DNA of 64,000 nucleotides, taken from NCBI RefSeq assembly GCF_037042905.1, contig NC_087252.1, forward strand, positions 18,974,001 to 19,038,000, given 5' to 3'. Within the stretch, counting starts at the first letter, position 1. Each line of letters begins with the position of its first letter. Source of the DNA: Lytechinus pictus. Taxonomy: Eukaryota. A program made the translations under genes and the position numbers. Positions 26,816 to 41,664 of the stretch are shown piece by piece. The notes below the pieces were generated by a model that did no database searches, was not told where the DNA came from, and saw only the letters and a program-made list of their open reading frames with translations.

Positions 26816-29800
26816 CCCTTTTTGACTTTATAATTGTATTTAGGCAGAACAATTATCTGCTTAAATCTCAATGTTCGGGTGCTGTATATATGAGATTTAG
26901 ATGCAATTTGGATTACTCAGCTTTAATTAGATCAATAATCGATTGCTCTGTAAATGTTTCTGCAATTAGGGAGAACAATCTATTCCTTTTTTTGTGTTAG
27001 AATATTGAAACTTATGTATCCTATATCCTGTTTTATAGTTCATGTACTGTCATGTATTGCCTTGTATGAAATGTAGATACGATTGAAATAACTAGCCAAT
27101 CATTTCAACAGGTGTACAAATCAAACTTACTCATTGTTTTCAACTCTTAGTGCTAGCGAGAGACCAACCCTGGCCCACTTTTATACACACACATGTGAGA
27201 TATTTGGAAGATGAGACTCTCTTATGGGTATCGCGTCCAGAAAATATCAAAGGTATTATATAATGCGTCAATTAGAAATGTCAACACTTAATTTATATTT
27301 CAAACATATCATCTGAAAGAAAATAACACAATGAGGTGATCATGAATTTGTTTAAGCTTTGGTGGACTATGATAAATTGGAAACATGTCATATTTCACAC
27401 CCGGATTACACATCAACATAAAGACAATGAACAAAGCCACGTGAGGTCATCAGAGGTTGCAATAGCAATTTCAGGAATAAAACCCCTCACTACTTGAAAA
27501 TGATTCTGCCCAGGGTGTGACAGCAAATTCCAATTCTTCCTACCCAACCCAAATTATAATGTATCAATAGAATGCTGTTAAAGCAAGATGTTGAAAATAA
27601 ATTATGTAGAGCTCTATGATCACTCATTGAGAATGTCCAAATCACATAGAGAAGGGAGGTTGGGTCGGGCAGTGGTAGCCTCCCGTCTCGATTCATCATC
27701 TTTTGGGTTGGCAAACATTAAGCTAATGTCAGCCGGTTCGTTTATTTAATTTTTGACCAATACCTTGGTTCATTAACTGAGTTCTCGAAATCACATACTT
27801 GTTGAAGGTTGGGTTGGAGCGGGATGCTTACTTGTCACTCGAGCTACCGTCTTATGTGTAGGCAAGCGTTTTCTATTTCTATGAGCCAATGGAATGGTTT
27901 ATCAATTAGTTGTTCGAAGTTACATAATGGTGGGAGGTTCGGTAGGAAGGGGCTGCTCGCTGGCCTCTCAAGTTACCATGTTACGGGTAGGCTAACGTTT
28001 TCGCATCCAGCTACTATCAGCAAGTTCATTTATTACTATAAGCCGTGCAATGGATTATCAATTAATTGTTCCAAAAACACATAATGGTGGGAGGGTGGGT
28101 GGGGGGCTGCTCGCCGGCTTTGTGAGTTACCATCCTGTTGGTAGGCATTTTTTTTTGCGAATTTAATCACTATCAGCATTTCCTTTTTTTATAAACGATG
28201 CTTTGGTTCATCGACTTGAGTGTTCCAAAACCATGTAGCGGCAAAAGGATATAATTTTCAGACAAAACTATCACGTTTGCTATAACGTTTGCTGAATCTC
28301 TTTTTAGGCATCAATTCGTAAATGCCTACATTATATTCTACTTGAACAACTATTTTCAAATATCAGGTATTGATGGCCTTTCATTGTCAACGTATACAAA
28401 ATAAAACAAGGATGAAAACCACCAATGATGGAACAGATTAAAGAGTCTATTTTTGTTGTTTTTGTTTTAACACATGCTCCAAATCCCTAATGTGGTATTG
28501 TAATTTATTGCTAAAAACAGGGAGTAATCGAAAATTCACTCTGCGTCTTGTATATGGAAATAAATTATGTCTATCGATTTTGAAACGGATTTTCATGAAC
28601 ATCTCTCTTCAATTCCAACCCTTTTTAATGAAAGAACAATGAGCCTTGATGCTCTTTCTCTCTGTGGAGGCTACCTGCTGTTTGTACACGCACAGTACAT
28701 GACATGAGTTGTAAAATATCATCCTGTCAGTAATTCGACCTTAAACAAACCTTGACAAAAGATCGAAAGTATTACTTTCGTGGAAGTTTCATTTTTTCTC
28801 CCTCACCCCTCTTATTCTAACATCTGGAAAGTTATTTTTTTCCAAAACTCAAAGCATAGAATATACCGTCGATACACTCTATACAAACCCCAAACACACA
28901 TTCATACCTAGACAGTACCTTGAATTCTACTTTCAATTTGGCGAAAAGTGTGACTAATGATATGCGACTGAGATAAATCCTCAATAAAATTGCAAATCGA
29001 TAGCAGGGCTCACAGAATGGCAAATATTTAATATGCAAGATGACCGATTAGATTTGCTATTAATAATTGCGTATTATACTTTGAACTTGAACAAACATAA
29101 TTATCGTGGTATCTTTGTCTATATCTTCACATACAAATTAAGTAAGAAACCTGTTTATATGTTAATTTTTTTGTCAATATGTGACCATAGTCCTAAGCGC
29201 TCCGTACACGTAGGCATGTATTGTACATTTAGATTTCGTCATTAGGATATCGTGTGCCTTTTTTTTTTGGGGGGGGGGTTGTCCCGTACAATGTACTAGA
29301 AATGCATTATCTATAAAAACAAGAAATTAAATGAAACTGAAAAGGGGTTTCACAAGGCCGCGAATTTATCCGTTGTAAAGCCTTTCTTGTTGTTACGTTC
29401 AATGTCGAAACTACCCTGAGCGTAAAAAAGTTGACACCTCAAAAATCCCCAATATAATAAAAAAAGAAAATATGTCACGAACGTATAATCATTTGGCTGG
29501 AAAAAGAAGATCTCCCAAATAATTTGATACCATATTTATTTTGTATGCCCTCACGTTCGGATGATCAGAAGATATTCTTTTCAGTGATGTAAATTTTGAT
29601 TTGCGCCAATGTAGTGCGTAATATGAATGAACCACAAATGCCAATTGTGTCATAATCCTACATGAGTTAGTAAACTTGATAGCAAATCCCCTTTCAATGA
29701 CATTAACTTGGGAGTTGATCAAACAAAATGTTTATTGAACAATCATAATGTAAATTACTGAAAAGGTGTTATTAAATGGAATTTGATGCAAATCGTGTAG

Positions 29801-32800
29801 GATTTTATCATCATTAACATCTGAATTAATTCACTGCAGTCATGCCTTTAGTTGATAGTACCATTAATTTATCATCATTATTGAGCATTTGCATATGATT
29901 CCTTCTCATTTATCCTCTTTACTCGCACACTAGCCAGTTAAAGCTGATTTTTTTTTCAATTGTCATTACCAAATCTACGTAGAATAGTTACAACAAGTTT
30001 CATTTTATTCAATTTGTCTTAAAATTCTTCTATATGATATCAAGATTATTTCACAGTTTAATAGCCTGTCAAATTTAGCGGTGAATTGCTTTCTTCCAAA
30101 ACCTATACATGTACATCTTCCCATAGCTATCCAAAAGTATTTCAAATTTGCATTAGTATCATGATCATACCAAAATATTTTATATAAATGAATCAATATA
30201 TATATTTTTGTGATTTCTTAATTATTTTGCTATGCTGCTAGCGTTTTACTCTGTTTTGTAAAAAAAAATCTCATGTAGATTTCAATCTGCGATCAACTAT
30301 TTAATAAATCTTTAATTTTGAATGTTGAACAAGTTTGTTCTTAATTGTGATTGTATTCATGTGTATAAATATCCCTCGCGTAAACAACGAAATGTGACAG
30401 ATATTTCAAGCAAAGTTCGATTCACTTATCATCCTGTCAATAATCGTCGTTTCATATGATATGGTTAAGCAAACAACATATTAATCATTGACTCGGTAGG
30501 GTAATTATAGAGTAAAATATTATTGAAATTACAACATTTCGATTTGCCTTTTTTCACTCCCTTATTGAATTTGATGGCGCTCTTTCAAATAATCAACAGG
30601 GGGGTGAAACTCCGCTTCTGCATCCGGTTAGACATGGGGAAATTTTGGAAGGTCAAAAGTGCACACTGCTCCCATTTTTCGCGTACAAGCCTATGGACAC
30701 CACAACTTCATGGCACACCAGCGAAACGGAGGCGTGGTCATAATTGGCCTGCGCGCACAGCGTAAAGATATGCAAATAAGTATATTGTTACTAATTAGCA
30801 TAATGCGCGACGTGATTGATTATAGAGTTGCGTCTTTGGTAAATAATATTAATAAGGTAGATTATGTCATTCATTCCCCGTTCACCCCCCGGTATTCAGT
30901 TGGTAATTAATCTTTCCTTGTTTACATATTTTCCTGTCGCGATTATTACTACATCAATTAATAAAATTATTTATTTGCTATAGCTATTTCCCTTGAAGAA
31001 ATGTGGAAGCTTACAAGGAATTCATTAATAGGATTGAACTTAGGGATCTGCTTGCTCGATCTATTCATGCAGTCATCACTGCATATTATTTTCATTATAC
31101 ACATAATTAATAGCCATAATTATTTATATGTTTGGGTTTTTTTAGGGGGGGGGTAAATACTTAAAATTATCAGAGAAATCTGAGCAAGAGAGCAAAGCAA
31201 TTTAGAAGGCCATTTTGTCTTTATTTTGAAATTGAAATGAACAATCTGGTGCAAATCTTATTAAGATTAAAAAAAAAACATTTTCTGAGTTTGGGATGGG
31301 AGCAAAATTAAGACAGCCCAGTACCCCCCCCCCCCCTCCCCCCGCATGAATTCACTCTCATCAAGGCTATCTTAAAAAGGTCACTTCCAAACAAGATGAA
31401 ATTTTATTTGTCCCTGCCCGCCCCAAAATCTATCCATCGATCCCACCCTTCCCCCTCTCTCTTCCACACACACACACACACATACATGTAGGCCCTACCA
31501 CATAATCATGCGAGCAAACAATTATTCTCATATCATTTTTATCCCTCTCTTACATCAAACTCATTTATCTCTTTAGGAAGAATATCTAATTTGGCTGCAC
31601 CTGATCTTAAAATGTCACAGTATGCCATATTTTTATGGGCTATCTTGCCATGCATGCATGGTATTTTGATACTTTATGTTATACTCTTACCTGTTGTACT
31701 AGTATTATACCCATAGATACCTGACAAACAAAATCAATCAATCAGTAGCACCATCATATTCCAGTCATATAGAAGTATTCTTCATTATCATCATTACCTA
31801 CATCACAACACAGTTTGGTAGCAATAACATCATTATCACATATCTTTCACGCAATGTGAATAAATAAATCACGAATATCAAGATTAGAAAGTATATTTCA
31901 AATTAAAATATTTATTAAGAAATCAATTTCTGAATATGTGATCAAAATATTCCTATCCTCTTTTTCTCGCCAAAGCATCACCTTACATCAGCAAAATGCA
32001 TATAATGAATGCAACAGAAATTGCAAGGCTGTTACAAGGGAGGGGATGTAATTTTTTTGGTAAAATCTAGAGAAAACAAATTAAAAAAAATTACTTTCAT
32101 AGGTATCGATAAGCCTTATATAGTCAATATAAGGGGACATCAAGGATGTCATTAAAAAAATTAATGATATACCTCTCTCTCAAAGTCGGTTACTCAAATA
32201 TCAAGTAATTTTTTTTCAGCATTTGCTGACAAGAAATAGCATGCTAATCTAACGGAGGGCACTTCACAAAAAGGGAGCACATTGCCACATTTCTCTAAAG
32301 AGTGCCTTCCCAAATCTGCACATTAGTAACAAAATTGCTTATTGTCTATTGTTGTGAAGTGCTGCTAAAGCTGTGTTCTATTTCCAACAATTTTTTTTTT
32401 CATTTGAAGAGCTAATTTAGTTCATAATACGGGACATGAACAATACAGTGCTACAAGAACAAAAAGAGATTAAAAACGAACAAAACAGTGCAACTTTTCA
32501 CTTCCCCAAAAAATAAATTCAACAGCTTAATGTCCAGCACTACAGATCCTTGTTTCATAAAGACGTCAATTATGGTAAATTTGCCCCAATTGTTACTAGC
32601 AACTAGCATGGGAACCTCAATGTTAATCTGTTACTTTAATGTTTCCATGGTAATTACCAGAATGGCAAAGAGTTAGAGTAGTGGTTAGACTTAATGAAAT
32701 GGGGTCCAGGAGTGAGAGTGATTTCTTAATCCTTTGTTCTGTCACCTTGTTTTTTTTAGTATGCACATTTTCAATGAAAATCCATTATTTCTTATTGTCT

Positions 32801-35800
32801 TATGTATGTCTGTAGGCATGTACATAGCCCGGAACTCAGTAAAGACCCATTCTGAATTGATTATATTACCAGAATACAACTTATCCCTTTCAAACTACTT
32901 ATATCATTAACAGTTCTTTCACTACTACTACATGTAGATGATTAGAACATTAATAAAGGGTGGGTAGGTGTGCCCTTTGGGAAAATATTTCAATCTTGTG
33001 TGAAACCTATGGACCTAAATATCAATACTCCAATTTTTTTTCTACAGATGTGTAGTTCAAGCAACATTCAATATGTATTGACATGTTTATTCAAATTCAT
33101 TCAATTTTTAAAATGTGTAATTGTGATGAAGTAGCTACTTGTTATGAACTTGGCCTCCATATTTCTTCTTATAATCTGCCCTGGTGATACTCAAACTGCC
33201 TGCGGAACCTGCATGGTAAACACAAAAAAGAAAAGAACAAAATGAGCTGCTGATATAAATTATTCTTACTCATCTAGTTCAGTTTATTAAGAAGTTTTAA
33301 ACTTTTAATTAGGCCCTTATCTTCCTTGCAATATTGTTTAGATAATGCACATGTAGTAATCTATATAGCCAGATAAAAATCATAGATCACTATTTATAAA
33401 GCATTATTCATAGAACTTTTTTGATTAAGTGTGTAAACTCATTCAAATATATATCATAAAATTACTCTCAATATTTTGTCCTTTTTTATTTCTGTCTACA
33501 AAGTAACTGAGTTTTAAAATGATATCACATATGACTCATGTAGATAAGATAAGAGACATGGACAATAAGTATGCATTGATGAGAATGGAAATACTGGTGA
33601 ATCTGAATCCAAATAAATATTTACTCACAACGGAGCTTTACTATATGGGATAGCATGATTCAGAAAAAGCTGCTATAGCCCCCCCCCCCCCCCCCCCCCA
33701 ATAAAAAAGAAATAGGAGGCCTTTTTTTAACAAAAACAAGCATACCTTACAAGTTTTCAGTTCAAATATCCTGTTCCTCATCAGATTGTTACTCTTGGTG
33801 ATGTGTAAATGGTAGTTGACTTTGTACTTCTGACTGGGCTGGGACTGCTAAGAACTTGATCCCATTGGATCTGCAATTCAAAATACACACAATACAGTTT
33901 AGAATTTTAGAGGTGATAAACAAAATTCCTCTTTTAAAACAATATTTTCAAAATTTCCAGCTAGTCCTATCCTAAGCCTATGAATATTCCCAACTAGAAA
34001 AAAGCTGGTCTTGACCGAAAACTTCCTTCTCTATGTATTATGTTCCACTGACGAAATAGGCATAGGCCTACCTGGCTCTGTTTCCACTTGACCATCTTCA
34101 TTGTCAATAAGAGTCAGTAAATGGTTCAAGCATATACGTGGCCTACTATAGCGAGGCCTTTTGTCAATCTTATACACCAAGCCAGCTTTGACAGATGTAG
34201 GATAATTATTATTTGTGTGATAATTTGGCTCTCGCTCATTCACCAGTGTAAGACAATTGGGTTTTTTTTTAATCGTCTAGATCTATAAACATGTGAATCT
34301 CTACATCTAAGTGAGTTCCTCTTTAAGTTTGATTTTGATTTTTAAAAAAAGTTAGCTTGCTCGCAAGTTTAAATGACCCTTTGCCTTTCACCATAAATAT
34401 GGTCAAGTGAGGAGGACAATAAAGATAAATCAATTGGATCAGCCCTCTCTCTACTTATACTTATAAAATTCAGAATGGGGCACTTTAAATTTTGTCACCC
34501 CTTCCCATAAGAAAATTGCACACATGGTATACGATAACTGAGCAGTTTGAAACCTGACAAAGAAATGTTGTCCCCAAAAAATAAGAATCATTTAACTCCG
34601 TTATATAATTTTAGTCCAACGGTCCAGGCAGGGACTAGAATAAAGTTAATTTAAATCTTCGTAGAAAAAGTCAAACCAGACAGATCTAGAATTTCATTTT
34701 TTAGAAATCAAGATCTAAGTTAGACCTATCCTAGGGCCTTACTTTTTAGTAAAAAAAGACTAATGTTAAAATCTGTCTCAAACCATTCCACCAGTGGGCA
34801 GTAGCAAATCTACCGATATCAATATCATTCCAAATAGATTTAGGCCTAAAGTTAGGCCCTAGTTCATTTAAATAATTGATTTAAAATTAATTTCTTTTTA
34901 AATGCAGAGAATTATATTGATTCATATAAAGATGGAATAGCGGTGTCAAAAAATCAGTAGGCTCAGGCCCAACTTTAAACTTCAACTCAAGGCAGCTTGT
35001 CAGTGACATTAATTCCCATTACCTAATGACCTAGCTTACATCGCCATCGGCAATTTCGCAGCCGGCTGGCACCGGCGGTATCAATGCCCATTTTCCGCTC
35101 TGACTATATTATTTGGCTTAGATTTAATGCAGCTTTGCCGTTACTGAACAAGTCCACATCTACCCCTGATATATGACAATGTACTGAAATACAGATTTAA
35201 TAAGGACGGACATGAAGCATTCTAATTAACCAACTTAGTTCTACGAAAAACTATTATTTTCTGAGAAAATATGTCAGTCAGATCCGGAGTCAGATCTCAG
35301 TAATGGAAATATGGAAATTGTGGTTTCCGTAGTAAACTACACAAGGTACCATAAGCCGATAAGGCCGGCCTTGACTGCGACGCCGAACCCCAGCAGCAAA
35401 CACATTACAATTACAACCGAGATCAAAGCACGAAATTGAACTTAACTTACTTTTATTTGTATGGAATGCCATTACTTTGATGGAGATGTTCCCTCATAAT
35501 TTTCTGCTCAACTGAATTTCACTCAGAAATCATGATTCCGGATACTAATTCTATAAACAGATAATTAGTCTTGCTATTGTATTTCAAATGTTGAATTTCG
35601 CAGAGTAAAAAAGGACGACACTTCGCACAGATATCGTAGGGAATTGTGGGAAGGAAAAAAATGTTTAATGCATGAGTACATGAATAAAACATTAGCGTTT
35701 TATCCAATCATACAAGTGCATTATGCGTATTTTGACGTCATTACTCATGAATTAAACATTGACCTTCCAAAATCAACCTTCAAATTGGCCAAATGGCAGC

Positions 35801-36502
35801 CATGTTTGTTATGTACAAAACCTATGGAAAATCAAAAACGCGCGAAAAGAGTTCCCTCTCTAGCTCCCTTCGGGAGCTTACGTATACGTAAGATCGTATC
35901 TCTGTGATAATCAAATGGCTGAAATCATAGCTGGTAATTTGTCGGGTGTTAGTCTACGTAAATTTATCAAATAAGGAAGAGTGAGAAACGGAAAAGTTAT
36001 TCATTAAATGTATGTTGATGCATGCAAGTATGGTATCGGTTATCTCTTTCCTTTGACGTATTGTTTTCAGTATTGCTACTTAGACCCTATCCAATTTGAA
36101 AGTTTTGGGTCCACTGCAAATTTATCAGTAGGCATGCATGATAGGTAATATTGTACCGCTTGGGACCGCTTTAAGTAACCCATGATTTTAGGGGTCTGCA
36201 TCAGGCCCGCACTAAAATAGTCCATACCACAAACGTTCAGTAACTATACCAGAGAGCCGTGCTTCTTTTACGATCTCACTTTCAGAAACTCTGGCACATA
36301 ATTTCAAGGGATAATTGTCACGGTAACTGAACACGCCATATAACGAGAGCGGAAGTCCACCATTTTGTTACCTTTGTCCATGCCAGGAATTTTGGTTGGC
36401 GCCTTGTGCAGGCCTGGCGCTGGTCTGGTGCAAATAACAGCAGCACCCAAAAAGCCCGGTCCTACTTTAGCCCGCGCCAATCATAAACGACTTATCCCGG
36501 GC

Positions 36503-36806
36503 CAAGACGGAAATCTCTCCCAAAAGTAGGGTACCAGGGTCTGGACATTATTGAAAAAAAGTTATCACCCCAAATATCAGGTCATTTCGTGACAAGGGGA
36601 AAAAAGAGTAATCACCCTGAAAGTAAAGTCATCTCTGTCCAAAATACATGTTTTATTTCGATTTTGAAGGGTGTTTTTCTTTTCATGATAAAAGACCAAA
36701 AATTGTAGAGGGACATTTGATGTGTCTCCTCTACTATTTTGGGTAGGGGGAACGCAGACCCCCTGCCTCCGCCCCCCCCCCCCCCTTCCTGGGATATCTG
36801 CCCATG
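36503..36806 (-). mobile_element. ~300-bp hAT-like MITE, same family as the ends of the 43082-56674 element
   Basis: Reverse complement begins CATGGGCAGATATCCCAGG and aligns to 43082-43194 followed by 50258 onward; flanked by TCCCGGGC / GCCCGGGC. Confidence 0.7.
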
Positions 36807-37624
36807 GCCCGGGCCTATTCCGGACAAACAAGTTACTGAATGCGGTATTAGTTTGTCAGAAATCTGTGTTCAGTAAATGAGTGGGATATCAGCTCTACGA
36901 AACGTTAAAAGTGACCCATCTAGGCCCTAATTTATTTCCAAGGTAGTTTCTTGATGGATGGTCCACCCCCCCCCCACATACACACACACACAAACACACA
37001 CTCACCCACAGACGCACTCACCCCACACACATTTGCCAAAAACCGTTCAGCGGCCCTGCATGTCGACAAACTTGTTTCTAGGTGTAGATTGCATGTGGTT
37101 TATGTGTCAGTGTGGCATATATCGGATTATGTACGTGTGTATGTGTGTGTAAAAGGAGGGTGACGATTGAGGACGTAATATCAAGAGGAAGTTTGTGTGT
37201 GATTGTATAGGCATGTGCTTGTAGGTGTGTATGTACGATGAGCGATTGGCTTTTCCAATCGTCGACGTAGAAATTACTTACAACCCGGAGAGGTTTGTGA
37301 AACATGACTTATGTGTATTGTGAATGAGTGCACGTGTGTGTCTGGCTGATAATTGATAGCTGAGTGCAAATGATGTTGATCATCTTCGTTTTGAAGATGG
37401 GGGCAAGTAGACAAACTGTCAAATAGCGCCAGTTTCAAGCGTAGTAAGCCATTTCCATAGACCCGTGCGTTAAAATGGCACTGTTATAACATTAGGCCAA
37501 ATAAAAAAAAGATAACAATAAAATGGTTCGAATATTTACTACCGACGGATAAGACTGCATTCCATATCTCACCAGAAAAAGTTACCTCGACCAGCTCATT
37601 TTAAAAACTAATTTGGTATTTATT

Positions 37625-38407
37625 AAGGCATCTCCCGACAGAGTCAATATCCCCTGATAACGCTAAGAGATCCCTAATTCTTCCGCGAGTCATATAGTTC
37701 CAAAATGTAAGCGATTGTCTTCCCTGATTTGGGAAAGGGAAGTTCAGTATTGCAATTCCTAAAAATCAGTGTTTTGTATGGCTAATCATACGCATACACT
37801 TGTTGAAAAATCAGCTTTATCAAATTATGAAAAAATAGGAATGGGTTGGATCGAATGATTACCTTCTATGAAGGCATCTCCTGACATGGGGGGGTCTTAT
37901 TTTTATTTGGCAACCAGTCAAATTTGACTTTTTTTGCCATCATAAATATTATATTATTAACGTTTGTTTTCTTTGAAAAAAAATAAAAAATATATGAGTA
38001 AAGTAAAATTCAAATATTTATTTCTTTCCCTTTCTTTTTTTCTTTTTATTTTCAATGTCTTTTTATAGGATATCTACTAGGATTTAAAGTCGAGTAGGTG
38101 TGTCTCTCAATTTAAAATCAGGGTTTTTACTATAAATATGTTATATGGACCTACTAAGTATGCAAATAAAACCTAGGATGGAGATGACAGAGAAAGAAAT
38201 TAGGAAAATCACAGCTCCAATCCTACACCCGTACCGGAGTATGGGGATACGTCTGTCCCGTCGATGAGAACATCAACGTCAGTGAAGTCTCGATCTTTCC
38301 CGGAGACAAGACTTTAAATCTTTTAAATCCTACCTATTTTGGGAGACAAGCCCTTGTAGGATGGAATGTGATTTTGGGTGAGTTTGGGAGAAAAAAAAAA
38401 TCCATGC

Positions 38408-38486
<79 letters not shown>

Positions 38487-39585
38487 TACACACACATACA
38501 TATCCATATGCATACGTATTCATCATTTCAGTATAAGTAAACCGTAAGGCAATTATCTGAAGGCTATACATGTTTGGTTAGTCATGACCATATGAAGATG
38601 TAATTGCAAAATAAACAGTATTTGGCTATAATGTAAAGTAATTAAAAGTAACCAAGAGCAGTCCAACTTGAACATGAAACGTTTTCTATTTTTTCTGTAT
38701 TCTTCTTCCTCAATTGGCTCTCTTGTAATTCTTTTTTTTTTTTGGTCGTGAGTTTGAATATCCCCCATGAAGCTTGGCATATGGTTACGGCAAAACTAAA
38801 CAAAAAATCTCATTTTTTTAACTGCTCCTCGAATAGCTGGGTAACTGATGAACTAGATCGACATGGTGCTTTCATCGGCCGTTTTCATCGAGTCACCTAT
38901 AAATAATCATCAGCCGAGAAGGAGACTCCAACCGTTGACCAACATAAAAACATTGGCCCCAGTATCCGATTTACAGAATTAATTGAGGAAAGCATCCGGG
39001 CTTTCTGTGCATATTGCAGTGTTTTCCAAAGCATTATAATATACATGTATATTTAAAAACAAACTAGCCGAAAAGGCATGCAAATACATATCATATATAC
39101 ATAAAACGGGGTCAAATTATCCCCTGATAACGCTAAAAGATCCCTAATTCTTCCGCGAGTCATATAGTTCCAAAATGTAAGCGATTGTCTTCCCTGATTT
39201 GGGAAGGGGAAGTTCAGTATTGCAATTCCTAAAAATCATTGTTTTGTATGGCTAATCATACGCACACACTTGTTGAAAAATCAGCTTTATCAAATTATTC
39301 CAAAAAATAGGAATGGGTTGGATCGAATGATTACCTTTTATGAAGGCATCTCCTGACAGGGTCAAATTATCCCCTGATAACGCTAAAAGATCTCGAATTC
39401 ATTCCGCGAGTCATATAGTTCCAAAATGTAAGCGATTGTCTTCCCTGATTTGGGAAAGGGAACTTCAGTATTTGCAATTCCCCAAAATCAGTGTTTTGTA
39501 TGGCTAATCATACACTTCGTAAAATCATCTTTATCAAATTATGAAAAAAATAGGAATGGGTTGGATCGAATGAATACCTTTTGCC
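37625..39585 (+). repeat. Three copies of a ~250-bp direct repeat (~37625-37886, 39109-39358, 39359-39581)
   Basis: CCCCTGATAACGCTAA...GGTTGGATCGAATGA occurs three times; the last two copies are tandem. Confidence 0.9.
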
Positions 39586-40015
39586 TTACTGCTGTAATTA
39601 GGATTATGCCACCCGCCTATTATCGTTCACATTAAAAACCACAGGGGGGCTTTCTCTATGCCCCCTTCAGCGCAGCCTTATCTTATTGCATTGTTTGTCT
39701 GTGAATAGAGTGCCACAAATGAAAGAGAATAATGTGATTCACACAGCGTCATTCGTTTTATAAACATAACATTAACTGCACATGTTGTAAAACTACACGT
39801 TCAAGTGCGATAATTATATTGACTGTAGACTGCTCTTTGCCCTCTTCTCAAACAGATCACATCAGAATTCAAATTAAACCATGTCAATCCCGATGTATTC
39901 ACACTGAAACTGTACTAACTCATCCTCGTTCGCGTCTACATGTAACCATGGTTGGGTCCATGGTGTAACCATAGAACACTCCACCTATACCTATAATAAG
40001 GGATAAAACAGAATC

Positions 40016-40076
40016 ATGGCACCAAAGGAAAAAATACTCATCTGGGGAATTTTCATCGCAGGGCTTGTATTGAATG
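40016..40076 (+). CDS. Ig-superfamily gene, signal-peptide exon
   Basis: ATG at 40016, MAPKEKILIWGIFIAGLVLN, then phase-1 GTAAGT donor. Confidence 0.75.
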
Positions 40077-40190
40077 GTAAGTTTTCTTTAATTTTCTGTT
40101 TTCAGATTTCTTTTAGTCAAAATCACTTTATTGTAGATTTGTATTTCTTGTGAAATTTCAGTTAAATTCTATCAGCTATCCCATTGTTAA

Positions 40191-40808
40191 CCCTAAATAG
40201 ACTGGGCTATTTCGATGCCTAAGAAGAAGGGGGGGGGCTGATTCAGCCCCCCCCCCCCCTTATGATCTCGGCCGTCGATCGCGTGATCGCAACGACAATT
40301 TGCATGCACGTTACCCATGGCATTATTTACAAAACTATCATATCAATTGTGCGAAATGAATCTCATTGCTCATCAATTATGTTAACTTATGCATCAAATC
40401 TTAAGCTTGCTCTGATTGACAAATTAATTTTTGTTCTTATAGTCTTTAAAGGCATCTCATTAGTTTCTTTTTAAATGTCAACATCACATTTATATTTTAT
40501 GTCTTTGATTGTTTTCTAAATTTTTTATGTATTTCTTTGTTTTTAGATTTTTGGTTGTTATTGTCTTTTCAATGGAAATTGTCGGGACTTTATTTTTACC
40601 ATAAATAAGATAATTAATTGATTTTAAGCAATTAAAGGAAAAGATACATTTTATTATTTTTTGGCTAAGAACACTATTTAAATTGGATTTGTACACAATT
40701 CATGTTTTTGAGCAATTTGGGTCTGCATGCTCTTACAAAATGTTGCGTAATTAAAAAATCGCGTACCCGGGGGTCACAATAGGGCCCCCCCCCCCCGTCT
40801 TCTTAGGG
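40191..40808. mobile_element. piggyBac-like MITE
   Basis: TTAA|CCCTAA...TTAGGG|TTAA (TTAA at 40187-40190 and 40809-40812). Confidence 0.7.
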
Positions 40809-41664
40809 TTAAGGTGATAACATTCATTTTGACAAATCTAGATTTCAGACATATGTTCTACGAGCCATTATAGTTATGTCATTACACATTGTTTCTTTGT
40901 TTTTCTCTCTCATTTTGGAAAATTTAGAATTTCCTAAACGTTTATTAAAGGATGTTTTTTGATAAAAAAAACAACCCAAGAGTTGCCTGTCATGTTAATG
41001 ATATTACAGTTTAAGAATGTGTATGAAAATAGGTTATATGGTGTGGATCATATAAAATAACAGCACCTTTACAGTGATAAGCCAACATTTTGAGGGGCTA
41101 GGTGTAGCGTATTGGAAAAAAATTATTAAAAAGTTGCGAGAGAGAGAAGGGCAAAGGAGCAATACTTTCGACATTTTTATTGAAAAATTCAATTTTCAGA
41201 TGCATTTTGTAAAAATGTTTAACAAAATAAGATCATATTTCACCCTCCTGTCTCTTCTATTATTTCCTTCTCTATTGTTTTTTCTTAGTCGTCATTCTTG
41301 TGTGTGTGGAATTAATTCTGATGAATGTTTTGCGGATTAAACTTTAAAAACTCTCATCGTCTAAATCAGGAGGAGGAAAAATCACTTGTATTCGGATTGG
41401 GGATAGGAGTAGGCTAATACCATTTCTCAACATTTAAATATTTCTGTAAATCATTATTTGCACTTTGTATTTCAAAGTTATAATCACCAAAGTTAAAAGG
41501 CACCAGTACAAAAGGCTTTGTTAGAAATTAATGATCTTACATGGAGAAGGCTCTGTTTGAAAAAGAACCCACAAAATTGTGAGAGTGAAAAGTTTTGATG
41601 ATAATTAACTCTTTTTCACATTTGATCCTGTTGATAATGTTATAAACACGATACCCCTTTCTAG

